Shown piece by piece: positions 47,270 through 58,266 of a stretch of 64,000 nucleotides of DNA (the stretch's first letter is position 1; each line of letters begins with the position of its first letter). The translations under genes were made by a program, and so were the position numbers. Source of the stretch: Myxococcales bacterium (GTDB lineage Bacteria; Myxococcota_A; UBA9042; JABWCM01; BTVJ01); the NCBI GenBank assembly GCA_045863395.1, contig BTVJ01000001.1:66406-130405 (forward strand). The letters are read 5' to 3'. The notes under the pieces were generated by a model. The model was not told the origin of the DNA and searched no databases. It saw only the letters and a program-made list of their open reading frames with translations.

Positions 47270-47483
47270 CGACACCCTGCTCGAGCTGCTGGTCACCCCA
47301 CACACCCACGAGCGCCTCCGCCCGGGCACCCCCGCGGAGCTGCGCCAGGCCCAAGGGATGTGGGCAGAGCGCTCCCCGGAGCCCCTCCCGGCCATCCTCG
47401 TCACTGCGGATGGGTCCCGGGCCTGGCCGATCCTCGACGGCATCCCGGACCTCCTCTCCGAGCACGCCCTCACCCTGCGCTGA
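47262..47483 (+). CDS. Trm112-like (DUF343) small protein, Cys-less variant.
   Basis: TTG 47262 with GGAG 7 nt upstream. Overlaps the MauE 3' end by 8 nt. Pattern LLELLVTPHTHERL....AWPILDGIPDLLSEHA resembles Trm112/YcaR (LLEILxCP....YPIxDGIPxLL) with the Zn-Cys residues replaced. Confidence 0.45.
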   Translation: MSDDTLLELLVTPHTHERLRPGTPAELRQAQGMWAERSPEPLPAILVTADGSRAWPILDGIPDLLSEHALTLR

Positions 47484-47493
47484 GTCCGCCCCA

Positions 47494-50400
47494 ATGAACA
47501 GCCCGGCCGACCTCGGAGGGGGGATCCGCATCCGCGGCGCCCGCCAGCACAACCTGCGCGACGTGGACGTGGACATCCCGCTCGGCCGAATCACCGTCGT
47601 GACGGGCCCGAGCGGGTCCGGGAAGTCGTCGCTGGCCTTCGACACGCTCTACGCGGAGGGGCAGCGGCGCTACGTGGAGTCGTTCAGCGCCTACGCGCGC
47701 CAGTTCATGGATCGTATGGACCGCCCCGACGTGGACGCCGTCGACGGGGTGCTGCCGGCGGTGGCCATCGACCAGACCAACGCGATTCGGTCGTCCCGGT
47801 CCACCGTGGGCACCGTCACCGAGATCGCCGACCACGTGAAGGGGCTCTACGCCAGGGCCGGGCAGCTCCACTGCGGGACTTGTGGCCTGCCCGTTCGCAG
47901 CGAGGACCCGCCGGCGGTGCTCGCGGATCTGTTGGCCAGGGCCGAGGGGCGGCGCGCCGTGGTCACGTTCCCGCTCGACGTCAGCGGCAAGGCGGCAGGC
48001 GCGGCGGCGGAGTGGCTCGTCGCGGAGGGGTTCGGGCGCCTGTGGGACGGGCGGGTGGTCGAGGTGGCCGACGCGGGGCTCCACAAGCGCAAGAAGGGCG
48101 CGCCGCCCATCGAGGTGCTGGTGGACCGGGTGGTGCTCCGGGCGGACGACGAGGCGCGGGCCCGCATCGCGGACAGCATCGAGACCGCCATGTCCCGTGG
48201 CCGGGGGCGCGTCATCGTACACGTGGAGCAGGGCGAGGGCTTCGAGGCGCGGGCCTACAGCCGCGGGCGCCACTGTGCCCGCTGCGACGTCGCCTGGCCG
48301 GACCCGGTGGAGAACCACTTCTCGTTCAACTCGCCGCTCGGCGCCTGCCCGGCGTGCAACGGCTTCGGGCGCATCATCGCCCTCGACCTGGACCTGGCCA
48401 TCCCCGACCACGGCCAGACGCTGGCCGGCGGCGCGATCCGGCCCTGGACCACCGACTCCACCGAGGCCGAGCGGCGCGCGCTGGCGCGCTTCTGCGAAAA
48501 GGTCGGCATCCCCCTGGACGTGCCGTGGCGGGACCTGGACGACGACCAGCGGCGCCTGGTGGTCGACGGATCGAGGCCGCATCGGTTCCCCGGAGTGCGA
48601 GGCTGGTTCAAGTGGCTCGAGGGCAAAACCTACAAGATGCACGTGCGGGTGTTCCTGGCGCGTTATCGGGCGTATGTTCCCTGCGGGACCTGCTCAGGCG
48701 CGCGTTTTCAGCCCCATGCGCTCCTCTATCGCCTCGGAGGGCTCACCCTCGCGCAGCTCTACGCCCTCGATCTGGAGCACGCGCGGGCCTTCTTCGACGC
48801 CCTCGAGCTGACACGGGAGCAGGCAGAGGCGGTGGCCGGCCTGCTCCGGGAGGTGCGCTCGCGGCTCCGCTACTTGGTGGAGGTGGGCCTCGGGTACCTG
48901 ACCCTCGACCGGCAGTCGCGCACGCTGTCCGGCGGCGAGGTGCAGCGGGTCAACCTGACGACGGCGATCGGGAGCCACCTGGTCAACACCCTCTACGTCC
49001 TCGACGAGCCCTCCATCGGGCTGCACCCGCGGGACAACGACCGGCTGATGGGGATCCTGGAGCGCCTGCGGGCCAACCGGAACACCATCGTGGTCGTCGA
49101 GCACGACGAGGCGATCATCATGCGGGCCGACCACGTCATCGACATGGGGCCCGGAGCGGGAGACGGCGGGGGACGCGTGGTCTACGAGGGGTCGCCGGCG
49201 GGCCTGCTCGGCGCCAGCTCTCTGACGGCCCGCTTCCTGAGCGACGGCGGACGGTCAGCGCCCCGAGCGCCCCGCCCCGGCACCGGGCACATCCGCATCC
49301 GGGGCGCCCGAGAGAACAACCTGCGCTCGCTGGACGTGGACATCCCGCTTGGGGCGCTGACGGTCGTGGCCGGGGTCAGCGGCTCGGGCAAGAGCACGCT
49401 CGTCGAGGACGTGCTCCACCGGGGCCTGCTCCGGCAGCGGGGGGAGCCCGTCGAGGCGCCAGGTGCCCACGACGCGATCACGGGGGCCGACGGGCTCACC
49501 GCGGTGGTGCTCGTCGACCAGCGCCCCGTGGGCACGACGCCGCGGGCCAACCCGGCGACCTACGTCAAGGCGTGGAGCGCCATCCGGGAGCTGTTCGCCG
49601 CGCTGCCGGAGTCCGCGCGCCTCGGCTTCACGGGCGGGACGTTCTCGTTCAACACGGCCGGGGGGCGCTGCGACGGCTGCGAGGGCACGGGCTTCGAGCG
49701 CATCGAGATGCAGTTCCTCTCCGACGTGTTCGTGACCTGCGAGCAGTGCGGCGGGCGCCGCTTCAAAGAAGAGGTCCTCTCGGTGCGGCTCCGGGGGCGC
49801 TCCGTCGCCGACGTGCTCGACCTGACCGTCTCGGAGGCAGTGCAGTTCTTCCGGACCGAGGTCGCCGCGCGCCGCCCCCTGGAGGTGCTGGCCCAGGTCG
49901 GCCTCGACTACCTCCGCCTCGGGCAGCCTCTCAGCACGCTCTCCGGCGGGGAGGCGCAGCGCCTGAAGCTGGCCGGGCACCTCGGGGCTCGCGGCAGCAC
50001 CGGGGCGCTGGTGCTGCTGGACGAGCCGACCACGGGCCTCCACGTGTCCGACGTGCGGGTGCTCATCGACAACCTCCACCGCCTGGTCGACCAGGGCAAC
50101 ACGGTGGTGGTCATCGAGCACCACCTGGACGTCATCGCAGCGGCGGACCACGTCATCGATCTCGGACCGGAAGGGGGGACCAGTGGGGGCGGCCTGGTGG
50201 TCGCCGGACCTCCCGAGGTGATCGCGGCCCATGAGGGGAGCCACACAGCGCGGTTCCTGCGCGCGCACCTGGGGCGGGCGGGGCTCCCCCTCGGGGTGGC
50301 GGAGGCGCCGACCGCATCGCTGCTCGCCCCGGACGACATCGAGATCCGGGGCGCCCGCGTCCACAACCTCAAGAACCTCTCCCTCCGCATACCCCGGGAC

Positions 50401-52818
50401 CGGCTGGTGGTGATCACGGGCCCCAGCGGCTCCGGCAAGTCGTCGCTGGCCTTCGACCTGCTCTTCGCCGAGGGCCAGCGGCGGTTCGTGGACTGCCTCT
50501 CCCCATATGCGCGCCAGTACGTGCAGCAGCTCGCGCGGCCCGACCTGGACGAGCTCCTCGGCGTGCCGCCCACGGTCAGCATTGCCCAGCGCACGACCCA
50601 GTCCGGCCGCCGCTCGACGGTGGCGACCATCACCGAGATCTGGCACTACCTCCGGCTGCTCTGGGCGCGCCTCGGCGTGCAGCACTGCCACCGCTGCGGT
50701 GCCAAGGCGTCGGGGCTCGGCGCCGACGAGGTCCTTGCGCGCGTGATGGCCCGGCACGAGGGCAAGGATGTACGGCTGCTCGCCCCGGTGGTGCGGGGAC
50801 GCAAGGGTTTCCACAAGGACGTCATGGAGCGGGCGCGAGCGCAGGGCTTCCAGGAGCTGCGCATCGACGGCCGCCTGGTGGCCATCGGGGACGCGAAGCC
50901 CCTGGAGCGGTTCAAGGAGCACGACGTGGAGGTGGTGGTGGCCCGCTGGACCGTCGGGGCGCGACCCGCGGCTCGGGACTTCGTGGCACAGGCCCTGGAG
51001 CTGGGCAACGGCACCATCGCGGTGATGGAGGTCGAGACGAAGCGTCCTCGCACGTACAGTCGCGAGAGGTGGTGCGAAAGCTGCGAGATCGGCTTCGATC
51101 CGCCAGATCCCCGTACATTCAGCTTCAACACATCCGAGGGCGCCTGCCCCGCCTGCGACGGCACCGGAGAGGAGGGCTCCCCGGACGACGACGCCCCCCC
51201 CGGCCTCCCCTGCGCGGAGTGCGGGGGCGCGCGCCTCAAGCCCACAGCCCGGGCCGTGCGCTTCGCAGGCCGCGGCATCGCTGAAGTGGCCGCGTTGACC
51301 CCCGGGGGCCTCCTCGAGCTGCTGTCGGACTTGACGCTCACGGACCGGGAGCAGGCCATCGCCGGCCCGGCCCTGGCGGAGGTCGCCTCCCGGTGCCTGT
51401 TCCTGGAGCGGGTCGGCCTCACCTACCTGACGCTGGATCGGGGCGGGCATACGCTTTCCGGGGGCGAGGCGCAGCGGATCCGCCTTGCGAGCCAGCTCGG
51501 GGCCCAGCTCTCCGGGGTGCTCTACATCCTCGACGAGCCGACCATCGGCCTCCACCCGAGCGACAACGATCTGCTGCTCGACGCGCTGGCCGACCTGCAG
51601 CGGCGGGGCAACGGGGTCGTGATCGTCGAGCACGACGAGGCGACCATCCGCCGGGCGGCGCACATCATCGACATGGGGCCCGGGGGCGGGCTGCTGGGCG
51701 GGCACGTCACGGCCCAAGGGACGCTCGCCGACATCCTCGCCAGCGAGGCGTCCGTCACAGGGCGGTCCTTGCGCCTCGGGGCGGCGCGCTCGGTCAGGGT
51801 CCCGCGCCCTTGTCCATCCGACGGCGCGCGCATCGGCGTCAGGGGCTTCAGCCACCACAACCTCGGGAGCGTGGACGCAGACTTCCCGCTCGGGCGCCTC
51901 ACGGTCGTCACGGGAGTGAGCGGCTCGGGCAAGTCGAGCCTGGTGCGCGACGGGCTCGCGCGGTCGGTGGCCGCCGCCCTGCGAGGGGAGGAGCCGCCTG
52001 CGCGGTTGAGCGGGATCGAGGCCATCGCTGCGCTGCGCGAGATTGATCAAGCGCCCATCGGAAAGACGCCGCGCAGCATCCCCGCGACCTACGTCGGGTT
52101 CTATACCGCGATCCGGGAGCTCTTCGCGGGGCTGCCCGAGGCGCGGATGCGCGGCTTCACCGCGGCCCGCTTCAGCTTCAACACCAAGGGCGGGCGCTGC
52201 GAGCACTGCGCGGGCCAGGGCCAGGTGAAGCACGAGATGAGCTTCCTGCCGGACGTCTGGGTCACCTGCGAGGTGTGTGGTGGGCGGCGCTTCGACGAGG
52301 AGACCCTGCGCGTGCGCTACCGCGACCGCACGATCCACGACGTGCTCGCCATGACCGTCGATGAGGCGGCTGCGCTCTTCGAGCCCGTGCGGCGGGTGCG
52401 CGCCCCCTTGGCCCTGCTCTCGGACGTGGGCCTCGGATACCTGCACCTGGGGCAGGCGAGCAATGCGCTGTCCGGTGGCGAGGCACAGCGGGTGAAGCTC
52501 GTCGAGGAGCTCGCCCGGCGGGGCACGGGGAGCACCCTCTACGTCATGGACGAGCCGAGCACGGGCCTGCACCTGGACGACCTCGGGAGGCTCCTGACGG
52601 TGCTGCACCGGCTGGTGGACCGGGGGGACACGGTCGTGGTCATCGAGCACGACCTGGACGTCATCGCGGCCGCCGACTGGGTGATCGACCTGGGGCCGGG
52701 AGGAGGCGCCGACGGAGGGCGTGTCGTGTTCCAGGGGCCCCGGGAGGAGCTCGTCCGGTGCGGCGCGAGCAGGACGGCGCCGTATCTGCGCGCACACCTG
52801 CTGTCGGGCGCAGCGTAA
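47494..52818 (+). CDS. uvrA: Tandem-duplicated UvrA-like ABC ATPase: two complete UvrA units fused in one 1774-aa polypeptide.
   Basis: Four Walker-A/UvrA N-blocks: [50 protein letters not shown] (aa ~10); [37 protein letters not shown] (~600); [50 protein letters not shown] (~950); [37 protein letters not shown] (~1450). Four LSGGE signature motifs and CxxC zinc modules are also present. The frame is continuous from ATG 47494. The ORF-track start 46804 is an out-of-frame extension. Confidence 0.85.
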   Translation: MNSPADLGGGIRIRGARQHNLRDVDVDIPLGRITVVTGPSGSGKSSLAFDTLYAEGQRRYVESFSAYARQFMDRMDRPDVDAVDGVLPAVAIDQTNAIRSSRSTVGTVTEIADHVKGLYARAGQLHCGTCGLPVRSEDPPAVLADLLARAEGRRAVVTFPLDVSGKAAGAAAEWLVAEGFGRLWDGRVVEVADAGLHKRKKGAPPIEVLVDRVVLRADDEARARIADSIETAMSRGRGRVIVHVEQGEGFEARAYSRGRHCARCDVAWPDPVENHFSFNSPLGACPACNGFGRIIALDLDLAIPDHGQTLAGGAIRPWTTDSTEAERRALARFCEKVGIPLDVPWRDLDDDQRRLVVDGSRPHRFPGVRGWFKWLEGKTYKMHVRVFLARYRAYVPCGTCSGARFQPHALLYRLGGLTLAQLYALDLEHARAFFDALELTREQAEAVAGLLREVRSRLRYLVEVGLGYLTLDRQSRTLSGGEVQRVNLTTAIGSHLVNTLYVLDEPSIGLHPRDNDRLMGILERLRANRNTIVVVEHDEAIIMRADHVIDMGPGAGDGGGRVVYEGSPAGLLGASSLTARFLSDGGRSAPRAPRPGTGHIRIRGARENNLRSLDVDIPLGALTVVAGVSGSGKSTLVEDVLHRGLLRQRGEPVEAPGAHDAITGADGLTAVVLVDQRPVGTTPRANPATYVKAWSAIRELFAALPESARLGFTGGTFSFNTAGGRCDGCEGTGFERIEMQFLSDVFVTCEQCGGRRFKEEVLSVRLRGRSVADVLDLTVSEAVQFFRTEVAARRPLEVLAQVGLDYLRLGQPLSTLSGGEAQRLKLAGHLGARGSTGALVLLDEPTTGLHVSDVRVLIDNLHRLVDQGNTVVVIEHHLDVIAAADHVIDLGPEGGTSGGGLVVAGPPEVIAAHEGSHTARFLRAHLGRAGLPLGVAEAPTASLLAPDDIEIRGARVHNLKNLSLRIPRDRLVVITGPSGSGKSSLAFDLLFAEGQRRFVDCLSPYARQYVQQLARPDLDELLGVPPTVSIAQRTTQSGRRSTVATITEIWHYLRLLWARLGVQHCHRCGAKASGLGADEVLARVMARHEGKDVRLLAPVVRGRKGFHKDVMERARAQGFQELRIDGRLVAIGDAKPLERFKEHDVEVVVARWTVGARPAARDFVAQALELGNGTIAVMEVETKRPRTYSRERWCESCEIGFDPPDPRTFSFNTSEGACPACDGTGEEGSPDDDAPPGLPCAECGGARLKPTARAVRFAGRGIAEVAALTPGGLLELLSDLTLTDREQAIAGPALAEVASRCLFLERVGLTYLTLDRGGHTLSGGEAQRIRLASQLGAQLSGVLYILDEPTIGLHPSDNDLLLDALADLQRRGNGVVIVEHDEATIRRAAHIIDMGPGGGLLGGHVTAQGTLADILASEASVTGRSLRLGAARSVRVPRPCPSDGARIGVRGFSHHNLGSVDADFPLGRLTVVTGVSGSGKSSLVRDGLARSVAAALRGEEPPARLSGIEAIAALREIDQAPIGKTPRSIPATYVGFYTAIRELFAGLPEARMRGFTAARFSFNTKGGRCEHCAGQGQVKHEMSFLPDVWVTCEVCGGRRFDEETLRVRYRDRTIHDVLAMTVDEAAALFEPVRRVRAPLALLSDVGLGYLHLGQASNALSGGEAQRVKLVEELARRGTGSTLYVMDEPSTGLHLDDLGRLLTVLHRLVDRGDTVVVIEHDLDVIAAADWVIDLGPGGGADGGRVVFQGPREELVRCGASRTAPYLRAHLLSGAA

Positions 52819-52974
52819 CCGTCGCCCGAACCGCCCGGAATAACGCGCCTTGCTGCGCATGTCTTGACTTTTCCGGCCACTGGGCGACCATTCGCGTTCT
52901 GTGCCTCGCTCTGGACTTCCTGCCAGACGTCAGGCGGGGGTCGCAGCCATCAACCCGACATCGGAGGTGTCGCC

Positions 52975-53505
<531 letters not shown>

Positions 53506-53544
53506 TCCACGGGCCCCGACGCTCCAGCCGGGGCGCTCGGTGCA

Positions 53545-54030
53545 TCACTCGGAGGACTGCTGCACCGCCTTCAGGTATCCCTCCGTCGCTGCTGCGGCCT
53601 GCTTGACCTTCCAGTTCCTGCTGACGACCAGGACGGAGACCAGGACGCCGACGAGCACGAGGCCCAGCACCGCGTGGACGATCTTGTACCTGGCGCCGCC
53701 CTCCTTGCGGGGCTCGTCGCGGAGCGAGCCCATGAACCGCTGCATGACGAGCTGGGCCGCGATGCCGACGACGACGAGCGTCAGCTTCATGTGGAAGCCA
53801 GGGTTCTTCAGGAGCGCGGGGTCGTCGATCAGCATCCATGTGCCCGTCCCGAGCGCGAGCACGAGCCCCGGCAGCAGCGCGCCGAAGTAGAGGCGCCGCT
53901 CGATGGCGGAGAGGCGCGTCTGGACCGCCAGCTCCTCCTTGACGTGGTAGCCGAGCATGCGAGAGAGGATCAGCAGGCTGCCCATCCAGAAGATGACGCC
54001 GAGCAGGTGGACGACGAGGAGCCAGTTCAT
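53545..54030 (-). CDS. HemJ/CopD-family (UPF0093) membrane protein, putative protoporphyrinogen IX oxidase HemJ.
   Basis: ATG 54030 with GGAG 6 nt upstream. 161 aa. N-terminal signature MNWLLVVHLLGVIFWMGSLLILSRMLGYHV resembles the HemJ family N-terminal pattern (roughly M.W.KA.H.....W.AGLFYL.RLFVYH, from memory). Three or four TM helices. The remainder of ORF-track entry 53545..56829 is antisense junk. Confidence 0.65.
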   Translation of the reverse strand: MNWLLVVHLLGVIFWMGSLLILSRMLGYHVKEELAVQTRLSAIERRLYFGALLPGLVLALGTGTWMLIDDPALLKNPGFHMKLTLVVVGIAAQLVMQRFMGSLRDEPRKEGGARYKIVHAVLGLVLVGVLVSVLVVSRNWKVKQAAAATEGYLKAVQQSSE

Positions 54031-54190
54031 GGGTTCTCCGGGGTTCGACGGGGTCAAGCGGCCCGCGGGGGCGCCGGTCAGCGAGGGTCGGACTATATGC
54101 CAGGCCACCCCGTCGCGCCAATGTACCGTCCGGCCTGGATGATCGGCGCGGCGGGAGCTACCCTGGCGCTCGGAGCCACACGGAGGGATC

Positions 54191-55375
54191 ATGAGAGGAC
54201 TTCGACTCCTTGGCTGCGTCACGGTGGCCGCGCTGGTCGGTTCGGCGCAGGCCGCTCGGGGCGACGCGAGGGCGCTCAAGAAGGACCTGGATGCCCTTGG
54301 AGCATGCGCCGAGGCGACCATCGAGGCCTGCCCCGCCCTCGCCCGGCTGGTCGAGGCAGGCGACGTGGCCGTCCCCGCACTGGCCGGGCGCCTCGTCGTG
54401 GGCGACGACGCGGCGCGGGTCAGCGCGGTCAAGGCGCTCGGATTCATCGGGAGCGAGGCGGCGACAGATGCGCTCCTCGCAGCTCTCCGGGAGCGCAGGG
54501 TCAGCACGGACGTGCTCGTCATCGTCGCGGAGACCCTCGGGAGGTCAGGAGCCGCGTCGGCCGTCGAGCCGCTCGTGGCGCTCCTGGCCTCGGACGAGCC
54601 GCGTGACAAGCTGGCGGCCATCACCGCAATGTTGATGCTGCGGGCGGCGGCGACCGTGGAGCCTCTGATCCATACCCTGTCCCACCACAACCCGAACGTA
54701 CAGGTGTCAGCGGCGACCGCCCTCGGGGTCATCGGTGACCCGACCGCCGCGGCCCCGCTCACAGAGCTGCTGGGCGCTCCCACGGTGTGGCCGGTCCGGG
54801 TGGCCGTGGTGGAGGCGCTCGGCCGCATCGGAGAGCCGTGGACCGCCGGGGCCGTCGAGCCGATGCTCGCACACCCCCGCCCCGAGGTTCGCCGAGCCGC
54901 GGCACTTGGGCTCGGGGAACTCGGAGCCACGTGGGCAGGTCCAGCCCTCGTTCGGGCAGTGTCGGACCCGGACACCGTAGGAGAGGCAGCCATAGCGGTC
55001 GGCAAGCTGGGGGTCCGGGAGGCGGTACCGATGCTGGTGCGAGCGGCGCGCGAGCCGCTGACCGACGAGGCGCAGGCGCAGGTGATGGCTGCCATTGGTG
55101 GCCTCGGGAGCGCGGAGGTGCTGCCCGACCTGGAGCCGCTCATCCAGAGCCGCCACGAGCGGCTGGTCGTCCTGACGGCAGAGGCGATGGGCCGCATCGG
55201 GCACCCGGACGCCGCCGACGCCCTGGTCTCGCTGCTGGACTCGCGGGAGAAGGGCACCCGGGAGATCGCCGTCTGGGCGCTGGAGCAGGTCACCGGAGAG
55301 CTCCTCGGGCAGGACGCCGCCGCGTGGAGACGCTGGCTCGCCGAGCGTGACGCGCGCCGCGAGGGCACCCCGTGA
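54191..55375 (+). CDS. Secreted HEAT-repeat (PBS-lyase-like) protein.
   Basis: Signal MRGLRLLGCVTVAALVGSAQA. Repeated ..VR..A..ALG.IG...A...L units. GGAGGG upstream of the ATG. Confidence 0.7.
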   Translation: MRGLRLLGCVTVAALVGSAQAARGDARALKKDLDALGACAEATIEACPALARLVEAGDVAVPALAGRLVVGDDAARVSAVKALGFIGSEAATDALLAALRERRVSTDVLVIVAETLGRSGAASAVEPLVALLASDEPRDKLAAITAMLMLRAAATVEPLIHTLSHHNPNVQVSAATALGVIGDPTAAAPLTELLGAPTVWPVRVAVVEALGRIGEPWTAGAVEPMLAHPRPEVRRAAALGLGELGATWAGPALVRAVSDPDTVGEAAIAVGKLGVREAVPMLVRAAREPLTDEAQAQVMAAIGGLGSAEVLPDLEPLIQSRHERLVVLTAEAMGRIGHPDAADALVSLLDSREKGTREIAVWALEQVTGELLGQDAAAWRRWLAERDARREGTP

Positions 55376-55686
55376 TCGGGAGGCTGCTGATCTGCGCGAC
55401 CTTGCTGCTCATGACACAGGTCGGGTGCAGAGACGACGGAGCTCCCGGCGCGTGCCGTCAGGTCATCGACGCCTGGTGCGGGCGCTTTGCGTCGTGCTTC
55501 GAAGAGGCGGACAGGGAGGGGTGCAACACGATGGCGGCCGCCAGCATGGGCGAGCACGGGTGCGCGGCAGCCAGCGCCGTGCGCGATCCGGGGGAGGTCG
55601 CGGAGTGCCGCGCCGCCGTGGAGGCCTTGACGTGCGACTCCCTGCGCTCGATGCCGTCCGTGTGCGGCGGGTTGTTCCTCCACTGA
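55372..55686 (+). CDS. Small secreted Cys-rich protein.
   Basis: GTG 55372 overlaps the upstream stop (GTGA). Signal-like N-terminus MIGRLLICATLLLMTQVGC. 8 Cys in 104 aa. Confidence 0.45.
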   Translation: MIGRLLICATLLLMTQVGCRDDGAPGACRQVIDAWCGRFASCFEEADREGCNTMAAASMGEHGCAAASAVRDPGEVAECRAAVEALTCDSLRSMPSVCGGLFLH

Positions 55687-55857
55687 CGTCGCCCAGGTGG
55701 TGAGCACCCTGCCCGGCGTGCAGACACAACGGCCTGACTTTGGGGGTTTACGGGCCGGGCGCTTTCTGATAAGTAGAGCGGGCTCGGCGCCGCTGGCGCG
55801 GAGCGGGCGAACTTTTGCCAACGATTTCATCAACTTACCCACCCGAGAGACAGGCTC

Positions 55858-58110
55858 ATGGATGTGATCCTCGGCGCGGCGGTGCTCGTCTTTGCGGCGG
55901 CAACGCTGTACCTGTGGTTTCGTGCGGCGGAGCGTGGCCAGGAGCTGGACAAGCTCCGGGCGGCGGAGAGCGAGGCGCGGCGGGAGCTGACCACCGCGCA
56001 GAAGAAGCTCGACGACCAGCAGAAGAAGTACGGTCAGGCCGCCGACGAGCTGGCCAAGGCGCAGCAGCAGTACAAGGAGACCAAGCAACAGCTTCACCAG
56101 TCCAAGGAGGAGCTGCAGAAGCGCAAGCCTGCCGAGAAGGAGGCCAAGAAGCGCCGAAGTCCGGGCGTTGAGGCAGACGCCCTGCACGACCGTGAGGAGC
56201 TGCGGCGCGCCCACGGCGAGCTGGAGGAGCTCGCGCGGGAGCTGGATCTCACCAGGAAAGAGCTGCGAGAGGCGAGAGCCGAGGCGGAAGAAGCGGAGCG
56301 GCGGGCGGACGAGGCCCAGCGCACGGCGACGGCCCCTGAGACGATCATCGCGCAGGCAGCCGACGGCTCGGGCGTCTCTGAGGAGCAGGTCCGCGAGGCC
56401 GTGGCCCGGGCGCGCCGGGAGGCGACGGACGCCGTCCGCGAGCGTATGCAGGGCGACATCGAGAACCTGAAGAGCCGCATCGAGCGCCTGAAGCGGGAGG
56501 TCGTGGACCGGGAGATGGAGCTCCGCCGCCTGCGCCGCAAGTCCGAGCTGACGGAGCGGGCCTACGGCATCACCGAGGGCCAGCTCGAGATGGCCCATGA
56601 CCGCATCTTCTTCCTTGAGAAGGGGCGCCACCGCCGCCCGCATCGCGCGGAGGCCATGGCCGCTGCCGAGCTCCCAATGACCGGCAACGAGGACGAGACG
56701 TCTCCCATCGCGCCCGCTCAGCTCGACCAGTGGGAGCGCGAGGCCGAGGCCGAGGCCGAGGCGCGCGAGGCGCAGGCGCGCGCCGAGACAGAGGCGGCGG
56801 TGCGCGCTGCGGACGAGAGGGCGGCACACCAGGCCAAGAAGGAGACGCGGCGAAAGGCGACAGAGAAGCCGTCACCGGCCGTCGCAGCGATGAGAGACGA
56901 GCACGCAGAGGAGCTGCGCGAGTCGGCCGAGCGTGCCGCCGAAGAGGATGCGGCGACGGCTCAGGCGCCGCTCGAGACGACAGCCGACCAGGTCGCGCCT
57001 GAGCCTTACCGTGCGACACAGGACGACACTGCGGCAGGCATCGAGCTCGTCCGCGAGGCCGAGGCAGAGGAGCTGGCCCACGCCGGAGCCATCGCCGCGG
57101 AGGAGCTCGCGGGCGGAACGGACCAGGGAGCAGAGGAACCACCAGCGGCAGTGTCAGTGACGCCGTTCACCGGCGAACCCACGGACGAGGCGACGGCGCC
57201 GAGTGCGCTGGAGCCATCCGCGGGCGAGGCCCAGGTGTCTGCGGAAGACCTGGCTCGGGAGGCGGAGGCGGAAGAGCTCGCCGCGTTCGAGGCTATCGCC
57301 TCCGAGGAAGGCGCCGCAGGAACCGAGCCCGTGGCGGCGCAGGCCCTGGAGGCGGAGGAGGCCGCGCAGCGCGAGGCCGAGGAGGCCGCACAGCGCGAGG
57401 CCGAGGAGGCCGCACAGCGCGAGGCCGAGGAGGCCGCGCAGCGCGAGGCCGAGCAGGCTGCGCAGCGCGAGGCCGAGCAGGCTGCGCAGCGCGAGGCCGA
57501 GGAGGCTGCACAGCGCGAGGCCGAGCAGGCTGCGCAGCGCGAGGCCGAGCAGGCTGCGCAGCGCGAGGCCGAGGAGGCTGCACAGCGCGAGGCCGAGCAG
57601 GCCGCGCAGCGCGAGGCCGAGCAGGCCGCGCAGCGCGAAGCCGAGCAAGCCGCGCAGCGCGAGGCCGCAGCAAGCGAGGCCGCAGAAGCCGCAGCACGCG
57701 AGGCCGCAGAGCGCCAGGCCGCAGAGCGCCAGGCCGCAGAGCGCCAGGCCGCAGAGCGCGAGGCCGCAGAGCGCCAGGCCGCGGCACGCGAGGCCGCAGA
57801 GCGCGAGGCCGCAGAGCGCCAGGCCGCAGAGCGCGAGGCCGCGGAGCGCCAGGCCGCAGAGCGCCAGGCCGCAGAGCGCCAGGCCGCAGAGCGCGAGGCG
57901 GCACAGACCGCGGCCCGCGAAGCCTCGGAGCGCAGGGCGGCCGAAGAGCGAGCCAAGCGTGAGGCCGCAGACGCAGCGCGGGCTGCGTCCGTCGCAGCGA
58001 GTACACCTCCGCCCGCGAGCCCCGCAGCAGCACTGACCGATGACGAGCAGCGCGCCCGGCGCGAGGCACTACGGCGCAAACTGTTTGGCCTTGGCGGTGA
58101 CCAGAAGTGA
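55858..58110 (+). CDS. N-terminally membrane-anchored coiled-coil protein with Glu/Ala/Gln/Arg tandem repeats.
   Basis: TM helix [19 protein letters not shown]. Long heptad-like KEL/REA segments. About 13 copies of AAQREAEE(Q) and about 14 copies of AAERQ(E). The Gln-codon-rich sense frame is plausible. The antisense is Arg/Ser-rich junk. Confidence 0.7.
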   Translation: MDVILGAAVLVFAAATLYLWFRAAERGQELDKLRAAESEARRELTTAQKKLDDQQKKYGQAADELAKAQQQYKETKQQLHQSKEELQKRKPAEKEAKKRRSPGVEADALHDREELRRAHGELEELARELDLTRKELREARAEAEEAERRADEAQRTATAPETIIAQAADGSGVSEEQVREAVARARREATDAVRERMQGDIENLKSRIERLKREVVDREMELRRLRRKSELTERAYGITEGQLEMAHDRIFFLEKGRHRRPHRAEAMAAAELPMTGNEDETSPIAPAQLDQWEREAEAEAEAREAQARAETEAAVRAADERAAHQAKKETRRKATEKPSPAVAAMRDEHAEELRESAERAAEEDAATAQAPLETTADQVAPEPYRATQDDTAAGIELVREAEAEELAHAGAIAAEELAGGTDQGAEEPPAAVSVTPFTGEPTDEATAPSALEPSAGEAQVSAEDLAREAEAEELAAFEAIASEEGAAGTEPVAAQALEAEEAAQREAEEAAQREAEEAAQREAEEAAQREAEQAAQREAEQAAQREAEEAAQREAEQAAQREAEQAAQREAEEAAQREAEQAAQREAEQAAQREAEQAAQREAAASEAAEAAAREAAERQAAERQAAERQAAEREAAERQAAAREAAEREAAERQAAEREAAERQAAERQAAERQAAEREAAQTAAREASERRAAEERAKREAADAARAASVAASTPPPASPAAALTDDEQRARREALRRKLFGLGGDQK
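57361..57672 (+). repeat. Near-perfect 24-bp in-frame tandem repeat, about 13 copies (gccgc[ag]cagcgcgaggccgag[gc]ag).
   Basis: Read directly: units begin at 57361, 57385, 57409 ... 57649, differing by 1-3 nt. Confidence 0.9.
57700..57905 (+). repeat. 15-bp in-frame tandem repeat, about 14 copies (gccgcagagcgc[cg]ag).
   Basis: Read directly. Encodes [10 protein letters not shown] units. Confidence 0.85.
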
Positions 58111-58218
58111 TCGACAGCGGGCACCCGGTGCCCCCCCTCCCTCCTCTCGGTCACCGCGCCCACCCGCACTCCCCGTGCCCCCCGGAAGCACACCTGACGA
58201 CGCCCGAAGTCTGGCGCC

Positions 58219-58248
58219 TTGACAACCGACTGACGAGTCGGTACTTTC
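58219..58248 (+). promoter_or_regulatory. Sigma70-like promoter with an embedded palindromic operator upstream of the TetR gene (TTGACA-18 nt-TACTTT; palindrome ACCGACT-gacg-AGTCGGT).
   Basis: TTGACA 58219..58224 and TACTTT 58243..58248. Perfect 7-bp inverted repeat 58225..58231 / 58236..58242 between them. GGAGG 58257..58261. ATG 58267. Confidence 0.5.
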
Positions 58249-58266
58249 GCGAACAGTGGAGGATGC

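Noticed and set aside
46804-47493. 5' portion of the 2004-aa ORF 46804..52818
   Set aside because: The first ~230 codons are out of frame with the real rhodanese and MauE genes. They are Arg/Ala/Pro-rich and lack an RBS. The UvrA-like homology begins at ATG 47494 ([20 protein letters not shown]).
53545-56829. 1094-aa minus-strand ORF
   Set aside because: Only the last 161 codons (ATG 54030, HemJ-like) look real. The rest is Arg/Leu/Ala-rich antisense of the HEAT-repeat and coiled-coil genes with no sensible domains. Typical GC-shadow ORF.
57361-57905. Possible CRISPR array
   Set aside because: Repeats are contiguous with no spacers and sit in-frame inside a coding gene as coiled-coil repeats. 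There are no cas genes.
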